Shown piece by piece: positions 13,861-27,940 of a stretch of 64,000 nucleotides of DNA; position 1 is the first letter of the stretch, and each line of letters starts with the position of its first letter. The position numbers and the translations under genes were made by a program. The notes under the pieces were generated by a model, which worked only from the letters and a program-made list of their open reading frames with translations, had not been told where the DNA came from and searched no databases. This DNA is from Chrysomallon squamiferum (lineage: Eukaryota; Animalia; Mollusca): assembly GCA_012295275.1 (NCBI GenBank), contig CM022670.1, positions 8,370,001 through 8,434,000 of the forward strand, read 5' to 3'.

Positions 13861-16620
13861 TGTATGTGTGTGTGTGTGTGTAAAAAAACCACTTCTATAA
13901 TAATATTTTCTGAATAACATTATAATTATTATTATTGTTGTTGTTGTTTTTATTTAATTTTGTAAAAAAAAAAGAAAAATAAATTTAAATAGTAAGAAAT
14001 CGAATCGGTCACTATGAAAAGAAATGAAGATGAACCTGTTTTTTTGTGTGTTTTTTTATTGCACTGACATGGTAATATGAACACGCCTCCTGCTCAGCCC
14101 TCGCTGTTCAAACCCGGCAGTGTTTTCAAATAGAGGGGACCTCAAAGTGTCTCCCTGGCTCAGACCTTCTCTCTCTCAAATTTAAAAACTCCACGGGACT
14201 CGACTCGTTGAAGATTACAGAAGTTGCCCTGCTTGTTGGTGGGCGATGATTATCAGAGTTTCCCGCTGAACTGTCCATTGTCCAGCTTTTCCGACAGTAC
14301 GCACACAAACGACCCCTAGAGCTTGGCGATTGTTATGTTATTTTACAGCATGCGTTCAACGTTAATAAACACATCGTCGCTTTGTGGAGATAAACTCAGA
14401 AAAACACGGCAACTGGAGAACTGGTTGTTTGAGAAGAAGAATGATAAAGAATAAAAAAATAAAAAATAAATCTTTCTGAATGACATTACTTGTTGGTGGT
14501 GTAGAAGCTGATTACAGCAAACACTTCAGGCTTGAGCTAATTTTAAAGAAATATGATTTCGTCGCCCGTTGAGCTAAAGAGTAAAACTTTATATCTGTCA
14601 GTCTAAATCCACCATTCTCTGTCTTTCTGTTGGTCACTTTTAAAGCGTTGTATAATTTTTGTTCCTTCAAAAATGAATATACAATTAGACCCACTCGTTA
14701 AGCAGACTGACAGAAAGAAAAAGAGTAAAGACTGCAACTACTTGAAAAGCTTGCAAATGTATCAGAAAGGTAGAAGAGATGCAGACAAAGGGACATGGAT
14801 AATTGAAGACTTGGAAACTGATAGATAGGATGAGCAAGACAACGGGAAAATTAAGTTGGATCTATTTTCTTTCCTTCATTTTTTTCAACAGCTAATCTGT
14901 CCGTACATCTATCTGTATATATGTATGTTTTCGCTAAATAATTAACATTCAGTTAAAACCAGTGATTATCAAGAATAAAATACATTATTTGCTTTACAAT
15001 CATCACATTATAAGAGAAGAAACTCGCTGCATGTGGCGTTTTTCTATATATTTTCTATATAAATGTTCATATCAATAGGTGTATCAATAGTGTTGATGTA
15101 CTTTCCTATCCTATGTGCATATAAAATATCTCGTGGTTTTAAACAGTTCAAATTGAACCATGGATTCTCGACAGTGGGTGTCCACACGCAGATTTCAAGC
15201 TTTCAAAACACGAACAATTAATATCAGATTGCGTTATTCATTCACTGAACACATTTTCTTTTTCTTTAAGCAATATAATTTCTGAAAACCAATTAAATTA
15301 CTCTAGAACGTCATCGACAATCCTCTGTGTTAACACAGCCTACAGCGAATAATGACAATTTACCAACGAAATAAAGACCATCTTGTGTTTGTTTGACGAC
15401 GCAGTATTTAAAAAACACAAACAGACTTGGATGAAATTTTATCCTTGGAATCTGATAAAATATGGCTTACGGCAGTTTTGTCATTTGCGGCAGAGAGCAC
15501 ATTAAATTCGTTTAAACAACTTTATTGGATTACGAAAGCGACATGTGGTTAGAAGCAGTAAGGCCTTCAAAGATTTCTCAAGACCCTTAACAATTTGGTC
15601 GATGAAAAGTATGCAGGTGGCCTGTGTTAGAAGCAGGCATCATAAAACCGAGTGAAAACAGAGGCCCTCAAGAAAAAGCTCGAAAAAAATAAAAAATAAA
15701 AAAATAAAAATAAAGATGATTCGTGTTCTCTGGATTTCATAATAGTAAATTGCTGGAGAGAGTAACGATACATTTGAAGTGGAATAATAACCCTATCTCT
15801 CTGTCTCTCTATCTGTTTTTCATAGCTTGTGTCGCTTTCCTACCCACTCTCTCTGACTGTCTCTCTCTCTCTCTCTCTCTCTCTTTGACTCTCTTTTTAT
15901 ATTTTAATATTATATATTATGTTCTGTAAGTTAAATAATTTAAAAGATAATATTTATAGTGATATATGATATAACATACAAGTTTCTTTACTTGTTAATT
16001 TGCAAAATAACGTTTACAAAAGAATATATGTTAAGGTATATCTCTCTATGTAGCGTGTGCTTATAAGTGTACGCTGTTTAACTAATAATATTCATTTGGA
16101 TAACTGTGGCGAGCAGATAACGTAGTGGTAAGGACGACAGGATTGTCTCCCCTCACAATGCATCAGTAACTGCTTCATTACAGTTTAGTTTATTAGGTTT
16201 CATTTGAATAATTTTGATTCTTGGATGTCAGTCACAGATTACTGCAGAATGTTGAGAGGAGATGAAATGCACATGCCTGCAAATCTTCTCTCGATTACCA
16301 GGAAGGGATGTCACACACAGTGTCTTCCCATCTGCTAGAATTCCCAGTTCGTAGAAAAAAATCGTCTACCGCAAAACCTGATTACCTCTGTATATAATGA
16401 ACTTGGCCTGTACATAGTTCATTATAATGACTGAGGTAAAGACATGCATGTCAGTAAGACCACGGAACCACATTTAGCCTTTCGACGAAATGGGAATTCT
16501 ACCCGATGGGAGTAAACCTCACACACACACTCACACAAGATATAAAATAACAGTATTGTTAATATCGGTTTTCAGATATATAATAGGACACGGTTGTACA
16601 CTATGTGAATACAGCTGGCG

Positions 16621-16652
<32 letters not shown>

Positions 16653-16877
16653 GCTATATTAACAATAATATTAAAAATTCAATTGAATAAAAATAAAAAG
16701 CGCGGATATGATTAAAGTAACAAATTAGGTTACGCAATTTCAAGTCAGTAGTATAACAATAAAAGAAGTGGATGTAATTAAGTACAATTTGTAACGCAAT
16801 CTGAATCCGGTGACATGAGTCACGACACTACTTCTCGAAAAAGGACCCGGATGTCTCTAAACGTATGTGTGTGTGTT

Positions 16878-16915
<38 letters not shown>

Positions 16916-16963
16916 CTAGTAGATACTGGACGACATTAGGGATTTTTGCATATTACAGCTCTC

Positions 16964-17023
16964 ATGGATGTAAGGCTGATATTTATACTGGTTATATCAC
17001 ACTTAGGTTTTTCTCAAGAAACA
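16964..17023 (+). CDS. First coding exon (signal peptide MDVRLIFILVISHLGFSQET) of the secreted mosaic-protein gene
   Basis: Acceptor gcatattacag| at 16958, ATG at 16964, 20 codons with n/h/c signal-peptide pattern, donor ACA|GTAAGT in phase 0 matching the phase-0 VNNNN exon at 19384. A same-length, same-phase paralogue lies at 63493. Confidence 0.75.
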
Positions 17024-17149
17024 GTAAGTACTAGTTTATATTGAACGTTATAATCAATAATATGTGTGTAAGTGAAACACTATTTAGAAAGTTTTATTTC
17101 TACAAAAATTCAACTTCAACGTGGGAGCGATTGTAAATTATTGGGAAAT

Positions 17150-18940
17150 TTTTTTATCTCTCTCTTTGCATTTGCCCGAGTCAACATTTATTCCAAATGG
17201 TTTTGGGGTTTGTAACGTGCGAATCCGAAACGCTTCTCGTTCAAGTCTAAAGACTCGAGAATGGCGTTTGTTCTATTGGGATTATTTCAAAATTTCCAAT
17301 ATATGACCAGGTAGATTAAAATGTTTGGCGACAGGAATGTCAACTTCATGCCTAATATCGTATTTGCGGACAAGCAGTTCTAACTCGTAACATACTTTGT
17401 GTTTGGACGACATACAGTTTTTTGCACAAGCTGCATATTGTCAAATACAAAACGTTTTTGGAATCGCAGTCTAGGTTAGTTCGGATCTGATGTTCACTTT
17501 TTGTTTTCCGCTACTGAACATAGACAGAGATTTTATTATGTTGTGAAGCCTGCATCTGGTCTTTTTGGAGATCGATGTAGATCCGCTACCCAAGTCAGGT
17601 GGAATATTATGTTGGATTTTATATGGTTTGAATGTGTCTGTTGGATGCAAGTGTTTTTCTAATTCTTTGACGATTTCAGATTTAACTTTCCTTAGAACTC
17701 GTTTGGAGTAACCTCTCGATTTCAGAGCGCAAAATAGAACTGAACAGGCATTGCTAAAATTTTCTTTGTTACTCGAATTTCTGTGGAACCTAATGACTTG
17801 ATATTTTACGATATCTTTAAATGTATGATGGAGATGAACGATTTAAATTGCAGCAGCTGGTTAGTGTCCGTCATTTTTCAAACTGTATACTTTGTAAATG
17901 GTTACATCCAAAAAGTCTACCGTTCGATTTGATATTGTGGCTTAAAGTTTTATATTATCATTTAATAATTTAAAATATATCGATAATTCGTCTTCAGAAT
18001 GCTGCCAAATAAAAAGAATGTTATCTAGATATCTGAGATATAAAAATGGTTTCATGGTTGCTGTGTTTAGTGCCGCTTCTTCCTATTCTGCGATATAAAT
18101 GGAGGACACCAATAAATGGGCTGAAACGCTTGCCCATGGCGCACCACAAACCTGCTGATACATTTCCCCGTTATATTCAAAGTCATTGCCCTTTAAGCTT
18201 AATTCAAGTAATTCACTAATGCTTTCTGTTGGTCTATCTGTGTCTGGATATTTTTCGAACGCTCTCTCAACTGATTCTATGCCCGCATCTATGTTTATGT
18301 TAGTGTACATGGAATCAGTATCCATGGTGACTAAAAAGGAGTTTGGTGCTATTTTTGTTTTAGATATTTTAGATAAAGGATCATCTTTATTTTTAACAAA
18401 ACTAGCATGTCTATTTGCAATTGGTTTTAAATAAGAGTCAGTGTATTCGGAAAAGTTATAAGATTCCGATCCACAATCGGAGATGATTGGTCGACTTGGT
18501 AGTGTGTTAATATCTGTCCATGTTTCAGCTGGCTTGTGTATCTTTGGGAGTAAATAAAATTTCTAGACTGAGAATCAAATCGTGATGCAAGATAGTTCGT
18601 CTGTTTTTTTTTATTTATATGATCCTTTTCCTATGGACGAACAATAATTGTGGTGAATTTATTTTTTGTTGGTTGGCCAAATGGCTATTCTCTTGATAAA
18701 ATAAGAGTTGCTGATCCTTTTTCTGCGTGTACTTTTCTGTAAGTTTTAAAGATCTCGGGATCAATTTTTGAATTATCGGGTGTCCAACCGGAATTTTCTA
18801 TTAATGGTATTTTTTCTCCACTTGAGTTTCTAAAATAACCGGCTAGTTTCATCTTATATTCTTTGGAGTGAGGGCGAATGGGTACCATACGTTCGAGTCT
18901 CGTCAGCGGCATCTGAGTGGATTGTGAGGTCGTGATTAGA
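17150..18940 (-). mobile_element. Degenerate Penelope-like retroelement (RT + GIY-YIG endonuclease) in intron 1
   Basis: Minus-strand peptides: FYLLPKIHKP, RPIISDCGSESY, LVTMDTDSMYTNI, LELSLKGNDFEYNGEMYQQ, YLRYLDN (catalytic DD mutated), VDFLDVTIYK, ALKSRGY, PVAKHFNLPGH, RLEREAFRIRTLQTPKPFGIN. Many frameshifts and stops. Confidence 0.9.
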
Positions 18941-19383
18941 CATTGTCCTCCTGTGCCAATGCGTTCCCGAATATTATCTATGTGCAGAGTCTATTTCAGA
19001 CGTACATACGTCAGAGAATATTCAAACTCCTGAACTACATGCTTGCCAGTGCCAGATTTCCCCCCCCCCCAAAAAATATATATATGCGCACAAAAATGAT
19101 AAAAGACAAAGAACAGGGAAGCGATGATTATGCTCGGTTATTGCGCAACCTAGTTTTTCTTCGGGGTTCATGGTTAAATCACTTCATAGAACATGTTACA
19201 GATGATATGTATAGTCCAACGCTTATGTTTTAACTAATCCTGATGAAAAGTACTAGAAAATGTGTACAATAAAGTGATATAAATATTATCTCATTATACA
19301 GATTTACTGTAACATATATATATATATATATATATATATAGCAATAAATTCGCATCTAAATAAATATATTTTATTACTTACAG

Positions 19384-19399
19384 GTGAATAACAACAATG
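19384..19399 (+). CDS. 16-nt micro-exon (VNNNN, phase 0 to 1), cassette 1
   Basis: ttacag|GTGAATAACAACAATG|gtaagt. Identical copies at 31508, 40965 and 53200. Confidence 0.75.
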
Positions 19400-19819
19400 G
19401 TAAGTTTCTACTTAATTACTTAACTTCAATTGGAAAAATAATACATGGCTATTCAATAGATTTGACCTTATCGTAATTATTATCTCAGTGTCTTATGCAT
19501 ACATAGACACAGACAAACAAAGATAATACAAATATAGACAGATATTTTATAGTGAGACAGAAAATTACACAGAGAACGAAAGTAAGAGACGGAGTAAAAA
19601 AACTACACATAAAAAGAAATATTGAAAGAAGGAAAGGAAAACAGAGAAAAGAATATGAGAAAAAATATTTGTGACAGCGATTTCTTAATTCATGTTCAAT
19701 TATCTATTAATAAATATAAAATATTTCACTTTACAACAAAACATACGTTTTGTAAACAAATAGAAGTTTTTCACATGTTACTGAAGAAATGATTGAATCA
19801 ATAATTTATTTTATTTCAG

Positions 19820-20628
19820 TGACAAACTGTCTGAATTCAAAAGACTGCTGGGTGCAGCACAATTTTCAGTTTGAAGATAACTGGAACGACTGTCATGGAA
19901 AACAATACGTGAGAAAAACCACTTACGAAGTTGGGAAATATGTTGGAGTAGTTCTGTGTTCATCTACAAGGTAATCATTAAAGTATTTATGTCTGTCTGT
20001 CTGTCTCTCTAAATTCTCCATGTTCTCTTGCTGTGACATACATACACATACACACACGTACACGCATACATGTGCAGATCCAATATTCTGACCACTACAG
20101 TTGTATTTTGCAGATATAAGCTGTTTTTGTCTGACTCGCTCAGTGACCGTTTTCTCAACATCGGAGACGGCAGTGGACATGGTCAGGATCATTGTGAGTT
20201 TATAGGAAGCAAAAATGATTCAACTTCTATAGACAGCAATTTCTGGAATTCGACAGGAACTACAGGTGTGATTTTCTTTTAAAAAAAAAAACATTTTAAG
20301 AGGCACATTTCCTTTAGAAACCTTCCTTAAATTGTTACAAAATGACGGAAAACAGTAAAACAGAATTGTTTTAAAGGGTGTCTGCAATTTATATTTTAGT
20401 GTTTAAACCGACATTTATTGATAACAATATATAATAAATGTAATTCTGATTCAGTTATTTATATCATTTTAGGATACATACGATCAAAGCGTGGTGAAAC
20501 GCCTGTCAAGGGCAGAATTGGTGAAGGCACGGGATCCTCGTGGACTGGAAAGTATTATGGAAAATGGATAGAATGTGGAGTCAGGATTCCAGGAAACAGC
20601 AGAGTGGTTTTATCGTCTGGTACAAAAG
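19820..20628 (+). CDS. ABI3BP/TARSH-FNDC1 C-terminal-like domain, copy 1 (exons 19820-19970, 20114-20265, 20473-20628)
   Basis: Canonical AG/GT, phases 1-2-1-1. Spliced peptide [74 protein letters not shown] matches the remembered ABI3BP C-terminus ([56 protein letters not shown]). Confidence 0.88.
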
Positions 20629-20852
20629 GTAATTCGTCTTGTCTTAAAGAAAGTTATATTTCTAGAAAGGATGTTTCTAATAGTTATTCTCTATAAGTAT
20701 GTCTGTGATGAAGTAATTATGTAACTAGTAAATTGAATCTGATCGAATATTTTGAGTTGATTATTTCAGATTTTAGATTTTTCAAATTACCAACATATCA
20801 AATAAATTACCTGAGTTATTATTTGTTGTAAATATTCGCTTTAACATTTTAG

Positions 20853-21239
20853 GATCGGAAACCACAAGTGAAAATGTGTCATGGGACAAGGTTAAATATG
20901 AAAAAAAAGTGTTTTTAAAAGATGAAATATTCACAGTGCCCAGCGGAGTGACGAAAATTGATGTCATTTGTGTTGGTACGTTCGTGTTAAAATTGCACAT
21001 TTTAGTACTATAATTTTTGTTTTAAAGATTTTATCTATTTGATTTACGATTAACAAAAATAACAGTAAGAGCTACAACAACAACAACAACAACAACAACA
21101 ACACTAATAATAATATCAACGAGCAAGGTGATGCAATGAATAAAAAAGAAAGAAAGAAAATAAATAAATAAATAGGTAAATAAAGAAACAAAGAATTAAA
21201 CAAAAAATCCCCCAAACAAACAAATTAAATCTGTTCAAA

Positions 21240-21270
<31 letters not shown>

Positions 21271-22307
21271 ATATTTTTGTAATTCACGTTATTAATTACT
21301 GACAGGAGGAGGTGGGGGCGGTAAAGATGGACATTCGAGTTCAGGGTCGGGTGCATACGGTGGGGATGGTGGAATGTCACAGTTTGGTGAATACCTCAAA
21401 GCAGAAGGCGGGAAAGGTGCCAAGTCAGATAATTCAGGTTTGTTATAAAAAAGTTTATGTAAGTAAATTAGCAAAGGTTTTGTTAAATGCACAAACGGAA
21501 TGTTTACCACAAATACATATCTTTTTTTTTCTGCAGTAATAAACTGACAACGAAGAAAGAAAGAAAGAAAAGAAATAATTAAATGCAATTAATTTTTCAA
21601 AAATAAATAACAATCGTCTCTTGTTTATTATCGAATTCTATATAGAGCAAATGTATCATACAACCACAGTTTGTTTAATATATCAACATTTAATAACTAT
21701 AAACATAGGTTCTTTGATTTATTTCATTGACAACTGTTAATGATAATATGGCAATTTCTAAGTGTTACACTATCAAAATTAAGAAGATCAAAAAAATAAA
21801 ATAAAACAATAATGGAATCTACTTTACACGTAGGAGGTGAAGGTGGACATGGTACAGTCGCCAATGGAGGCCAGGGAGGGATTGGTGGGGGTTGCAGCGC
21901 AGGTGCAGGAGCTGCAGGTCAGACAAGTGGAGGTGGGGGTGGAAAGGTTCCAGGATCATCCACATATCCCTACTGTGGCGGCGGGGGCAGTTCTGGAGGC
22001 AGTTCTTGCGGCAATGAATTTGCATCAATTCCCCCAGGAAAGTCAGGACCAGGAGGTGTTGATCCCGCGGGCAGATCTGGAGGTCTTTATGGGGGAGGTG
22101 GGGGAAGCAGAGCTGGTGGACGTGCTGGGGGAGGTGGTGGGTATTCCAGGAAAGTTATAAATGTGTCTCCAGGAGAGAACATCGCTATCAAAGTGGGAAA
22201 GGCAGGATCTCCAAGTTACTGGGCTGGAAAAGCTGCTCAAGGAATCGTTGTCGTGTCCTGGGGAGGACCTATTGATAATTTTGTCAACACATCAGCAATA
22301 TCAACAG
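20853..22307 (+). CDS. Glycine-rich domain, phage-tail/bacterial Gly-rich type (exons 20853-20975, 21306-21437, 21834-22307)
   Basis: All exons are phase 1-1 with canonical sites. Peptide FTVPSGVTKIDVICVGGGGGG...SQFGEYLKAEGGKG...GGGGGYSRKVINVSPGENIAIKVGKAG...GIVVVSW. Confidence 0.85.
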
Positions 22308-22329
22308 GTATCTATAGTTTGAAAAGAAT

Positions 22330-25300
22330 CGTACAAACTGTAACTAAAACAAAGATTTAAAAGTAAGAAACAAAAAAACTTGGTTAACTGTAAGCAAAAA
22401 AATACATTCCACCTTTGACTGTATTGCATCTTATTCTATATACCCTAGTACTTTTTAACACCGACCTTTCAGAAAAAATATATACAAGCTGGAACGGTAA
22501 ATATCTCAATGGTAATTCGGTATGCTTTTAGATCATTTGATGTTTCATAATCTTTTTACATTAAGCATTTACTCGTCTTAAAATATATTTATTTTATTTC
22601 ATTTTTCTATTATTTTTTATTTTCTGTTTTTAAAAGTTGTAATATATATTTTATCATTAAGATTTGAAAAAGATTGAAATATAATTTTTAATATTTAAAA
22701 AAAAAAAACTAACACAGATGTTAAAGTATAGCAAACAACACATAATTAGTGTATATACATTTTGTTCTTGTTTTGTCTTCTGTTATCTTAATCTGTTGTG
22801 CCAAATGTATTTTATCTGACAAAACTTTATCCATTACTTCTTACTGTTTTATGTTAAAATGACTCATTTTATCATGTAATTTACCTGATTTTACTTTGCT
22901 TTGTGCTTTTATTATCATAATCATCATCATTATCATTTTCATACCTACCATCATCATCTATGTATTCAGTTATAATAATAATAATTAGTAGTAGTAGTAG
23001 TATATGTAGTAATATTTGTATTATTATTATTATTACTACTATTATTGATAAGGTTATAATTATTTTGTTGTTGTTACTGTTATTATAATTACATGTATTG
23101 TTATTAGTAAATATCAATAACTAAATATTAAATATCAATAAGTCATTCATTTTAAAGTGTATTATATCTAAACACTGCATTTATTTCTGACTGTATGTAC
23201 TATTATTCTTATGACAGAACCAAGCTCTACAAGAACATCAGCAACTCCAGGTATTTATTTGAAAACTATCTCTCAGTTAGACACACACACTCTCTGTCTT
23301 TCTCTCTCCTTTTCATTTCTCTTCCTCTATCACTCTCTCTCACTGTCTCTCTTTCCATCTGTTTTTCTTACACATGCAGTCTCATTGAAAGTATGCATGT
23401 CAGTGTATGTATGTATGTATGTATGTATGTATGTATCTGTATGACAAGTTTTTATTTTAAAACTATCTCTTAGTGAGAAAAATACATTAGCAACATAAAT
23501 ATGTATGACTAATTTGAAAAAAAACATTCATAGAAACTGTGGATAAAACAAAAATTTGAAAATAAGAAATAAAAGATTGATTAACTGTAAACGAACAAAT
23601 AAATTCCAAGTTTGAGTGTATTACATTTTATTCTACATACCCTAGTACATTTTAACACCGACCTTTCAGAAACAGTATATACAAGCTGGAACGGTAAATA
23701 TCTCAATGGTAATTCGGTATTCTTTTAGATCATTTGATGTTTCATAATCTATTTACATTAAGCATTTACTCGTCTTAAAATATATTTATTTTATTTCATT
23801 TTTCTATTATTTTTTATTTTCTGTTTTTAAAAGTTGTAATATATATTTTATCATTAAGATTTGAAAAAGATTGAAATATAATTTTTAATATTTAAAAAAA
23901 AAAAAACTAACATAGACGTTAAAGTACAGCAAACAACACATAATTAGTGTATATACATTTTGTTCTTGTTTTGTCTTCTGTTATCTTAATCTGTTGTGCC
24001 AAATGTATTTTATCTGACAAAACTTTATCCATTACTTCTTACTGTTTTATGTTAAAATGACTCATTTTATCATGTAATTTACCTGATTTTACTTTGCTTT
24101 GTGCTTTTATTATCATAATCATCATCATTATCATTTTCATACCTACCATCATCATCTATGTATTCAGTTATAATAATAATAATTAGTAGTAGTAGTAGTA
24201 TATGTAGTAATATTTGTATTATTATTATTATTACTACTATTATTGATAAGGTTATAATTATTTTGTTGTTGTTACTGTTATTATAATTACATGTATTGTT
24301 ATTAGTAAATATCAATAACTAAATATTAAATATCAATAAGTCATTCATTTTAAAGTGTATTATATCTAAACACTGCATTTATTTCTGACTGTATGTACTA
24401 TTATTCTTATGACAGAACCAAGCTCTACAAGAACATCAGCAACTCCAGGTATTTATTTGAAAACTATCTCTCAGTTAGACACACACACTCTCTGTCTTTC
24501 TCTCTCCTTTTCATTTCTCTTCCTCTATCACTCTCTCTCACTGTCTCTCTTTCCATCTGTTTTTCTTACACATGCAGTCTCATATTGAAAGTATGCATGT
24601 CAGTGTATGTATGTATGTATGTATGTATGTATGTATCTGTATGACAAGTTTTTATTTTAAAACTATGACTCAGTGAGAAAAATACATTAGCAACATAAAT
24701 AGGTATGACTAATTTGAAAAAAACATTCATAGAAACTGTGGATAAAACAAAAATTTGAAAATAAGAAATAAAAGATTGATTAACTGTAAACGAACAAATA
24801 AATTCCAAGTTTGAGTGTATTACATTTTATTCTACATACCCTAGTACATTTTAACACCGACCTTTCAGAAACAGTATATACAAGCTGGTACGGTAAATAT
24901 CTCAATGGTAATTCGGTATTCTTTTAGATCATTTGATGTTTCATAATCTTTTTACATTAAGCATTTACTCGTCTTAAAATATATTTATTTTATTTCATTT
25001 TTCTATTATTTTTTATTTTCTGTTTTTAAAAGTTGTAATATATATTTTATCATTAAGATTTGAAAAAGATTGAAATATAATTTTTAATATTTAAAAAAAA
25101 AAAAACTAACACAGATGTTAAAGTATAGCAAACAACACATAATTAGTGTATATACATTTTGTTCTTGTTTTGTCTTCTGTTATCTTAATCTGTTGTGCCA
25201 AATGTATTTTATCTGACAAAACTTTATCCATTACTTCTTACTGTTTTATGTTAAAATGACTCATTTTATCATGTAATTTACCTGATTTTACTTTTGCTTT

Positions 25301-27940
25301 TGTGCTTTTATTATCATAATCATCATCATTATCATTTTCATACCTACCATCATCATCTATGTATTCAGTTATAATAATAATAATTAGTAGTAGTAGTAGT
25401 ATATGTAGTAATATTTGTATTATTATTATTATTACTACTATTATTGATAAGGTTATAATTATTTTGTTGTTGTTACTGTTATTATAATTACATGTATTGT
25501 TATTAGTAAATATCAATAACTAAATATTAAATATCAATAAGTCATTCATTTTAAAGTGTATTATATCTAAACACTGCATTTATTTCTGACTGTATGTACT
25601 ATTATTCTTATGACAGAACCAAGCTCTACAAGAACATCAGCAACTCCAGGTATTTATTTGAAAACTATCTCTCAGTTAGACACACACACTCTCTGTCTTT
25701 CTCTCTCCTTTTCATTTCTCTTCCTCTATCACTCTCTCTCACTGTCTCTCTTTCCATCTGTTTTTCTTACACATGCAGTCTCATATTGAAAGTATGCATG
25801 TCAGTGTATGTATGTATGTATGTATGTATGTATCTGTATGACAAGTTTTTATTTTAAAACTATGACTCAGTGAGAAAAATACATTAGCAACATAAATAGG
25901 TATGACTAATTTGAAAAAAACATTCATAGAAACTGTGGATAAAACAAAAATTTGAAAATAAGAAATAAAAGATTGATTAACTGTAAACGAACAAATAAAT
26001 TCCAATAAAATATATTTAATTTTATTTTACTTTGCTTTGTGCTTTTATTATCATAATCATCATCATTATCATTTTCATACCTACCATCATCATCTATGTA
26101 TTCAGTTATAATAATAATAATTAGTAGTAGTAGTAGTATATGTAGTAATATTTGTATTATTATTATTATTACTACTATTATTGATAAGGTTATAATTATT
26201 TTGTTGTTGTTACTGTTATTATAATTACATGTATTGTTATTAGTAAATATCAATAACTAAATATTAAATATCAATAAGTCATTCATTTTAAAGTGTATTA
26301 TATCTAAACACTGCATTTATTTCTGACTGTATGTACTATTATTCTTATGACAGAACCAAGCTCTACAAGAACATCAGCAACTCCAGGTATTTATTTGAAA
26401 ACTATCTCTCAGTTAGACACACACACTCTCTGTCTTTCTCTCTCCTTTTCATTTCTCTTCCTCTATCACTCTCTCTCTCTCACTGTCTCTCTTTCCATCT
26501 GTTTTTCTTACACATGCAGTCTCATTGAAAGTATGCATGTCAGTGTATGTATGTATGTATGTATGTATGTATCTGTATGACAAGTTTTTATTTTAAAACT
26601 ATCTCTTAGTGAGAAAAATACATTAGCAACATAAATATGTATGACTAATTTGAAAAAAAACATTCATAGAAACTGTGGATAAAACAAAAATTTGAAAATA
26701 AGAAATAAAAGATTGATTAACTGTAAACGAACAAATAAATTCCAAGTTTGAGTGTATTACATTTTATTCTACATACCCTAGTACATTTTAACACCGACCT
26801 TTCAGAAACAGTATATACAAGCTGGAACGGTAAATATCTCAATGGTAATTCGGTATTCTTTTAGATCATTTGATGTTTCATAATCTTTTTACATTAAGCA
26901 TTTACTCGTCTTAAAATATATTTATTTTATTTCATTTTTCTATTATTTTTTATTTTCTGTTTTTAAAAGTTGTAATATATATTTTATCATTAAGATTTGA
27001 AAAAGATTGAATAATATTTTTTAATATTTAAAAAAACAAAAACTAACATAGACGTTAAAGTGCAGCAAACAACACATAATTAGTGTATATACATTTTGTT
27101 CTTGTTTTGTCTTCTGTTATCTTAATCTGTTGTGCCAAATGTATTTTATCTGACAAAACTTTATCCATTACTTCTTACTGTTTTATGTTAAAATGACTCA
27201 TTTTATCATGTAATTTACCTGATTTTACTTTGTTTTGTGCTTTTATTATCATAATCATCATCATTATCATTTTCTACCTACCATCATCATCTATGTATTC
27301 AGTTATAATAATAATAATTAGTAGTAGTAGTAGTATATGTAATAATATTTATTATTATTATTATTATTACTATTATTGATAAGGTTATAATTATTTTGTT
27401 GTTGTTACTGTTATTATAATTACATGTATTGTTATTAGTAAATATCAATAACTAAATATTAAATATCAATAAGTCATTCATTTTAAAGTGTATTATATCT
27501 AAACACTGCATTTATTTCTGACTGTATGTACTATTATTCTTTGACAGAACCAAGCTCTACAAGAACATCAGCAACTCCAGGTATTTCTTTTTGAAAACTA
27601 TCTCTCAGTTAGACACACACACTCTCTGTCTTTTTCTCTCCTTTTCATTTCTCTTCCTCTATAACTCTCTCTCACTGTCTCTCTTTCCATTTTTTTCTTA
27701 AACATGCAGTCTCATTGAAAGTATGCATGTCAGTGTATGTATGTATGTATGTATGTATGTATGTATCTGTATGACAAGTTTTTTTTATTTTAAAACTATC
27801 TCTTAGTGAGAAAAATACATTAGCAACATAAATATGTATGACTAATTTGAAAAAAAACATTCATAGAAACTGTGGATAAAACAAAAATTTGAAAATAAGA
27901 AATAAAAGATTGATTAACTGTAAACAGAACAAATAAATTG
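22330..27940 (+). repeat. Tandem array 1: ~1.2 kb/0.74 kb units carrying five 33-nt micro-exons (23218, 24416, 25617, 26354, 27548) encoding EPSSTRTSATP
   Basis: tgacag|AACCAAGCTCTACAAGAACATCAGCAACTCCAG|gtattt in every unit. Spacings 1198, 1201, 737, 1194. Confidence 0.9.

Noticed and set aside
14060-14850. Moderately GC-richer stretch as a possible exon or promoter
   Set aside because: No convincing ORF, splice pair or recognisable motif.
16105-16160. tRNA/SINE-like head (GATAACGTAGTGGTAAGGACG)
   Set aside because: An A-box-like motif only; no B box or cloverleaf visible.
20473-20500. RSKR furin-like site (and GRKR at ~38836) as polyprotein processing signals
   Set aside because: RSKR aligns with an internal conserved position of the TARSH-C domain, and GRKR is not kept in type B. 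Not supportable from sequence alone.
20853-22307. Bacterial or phage contamination explaining the Gly-rich ORF
   Set aside because: The domain is split by canonical spliceosomal introns containing host-type microsatellites and is in phase with flanking exons.
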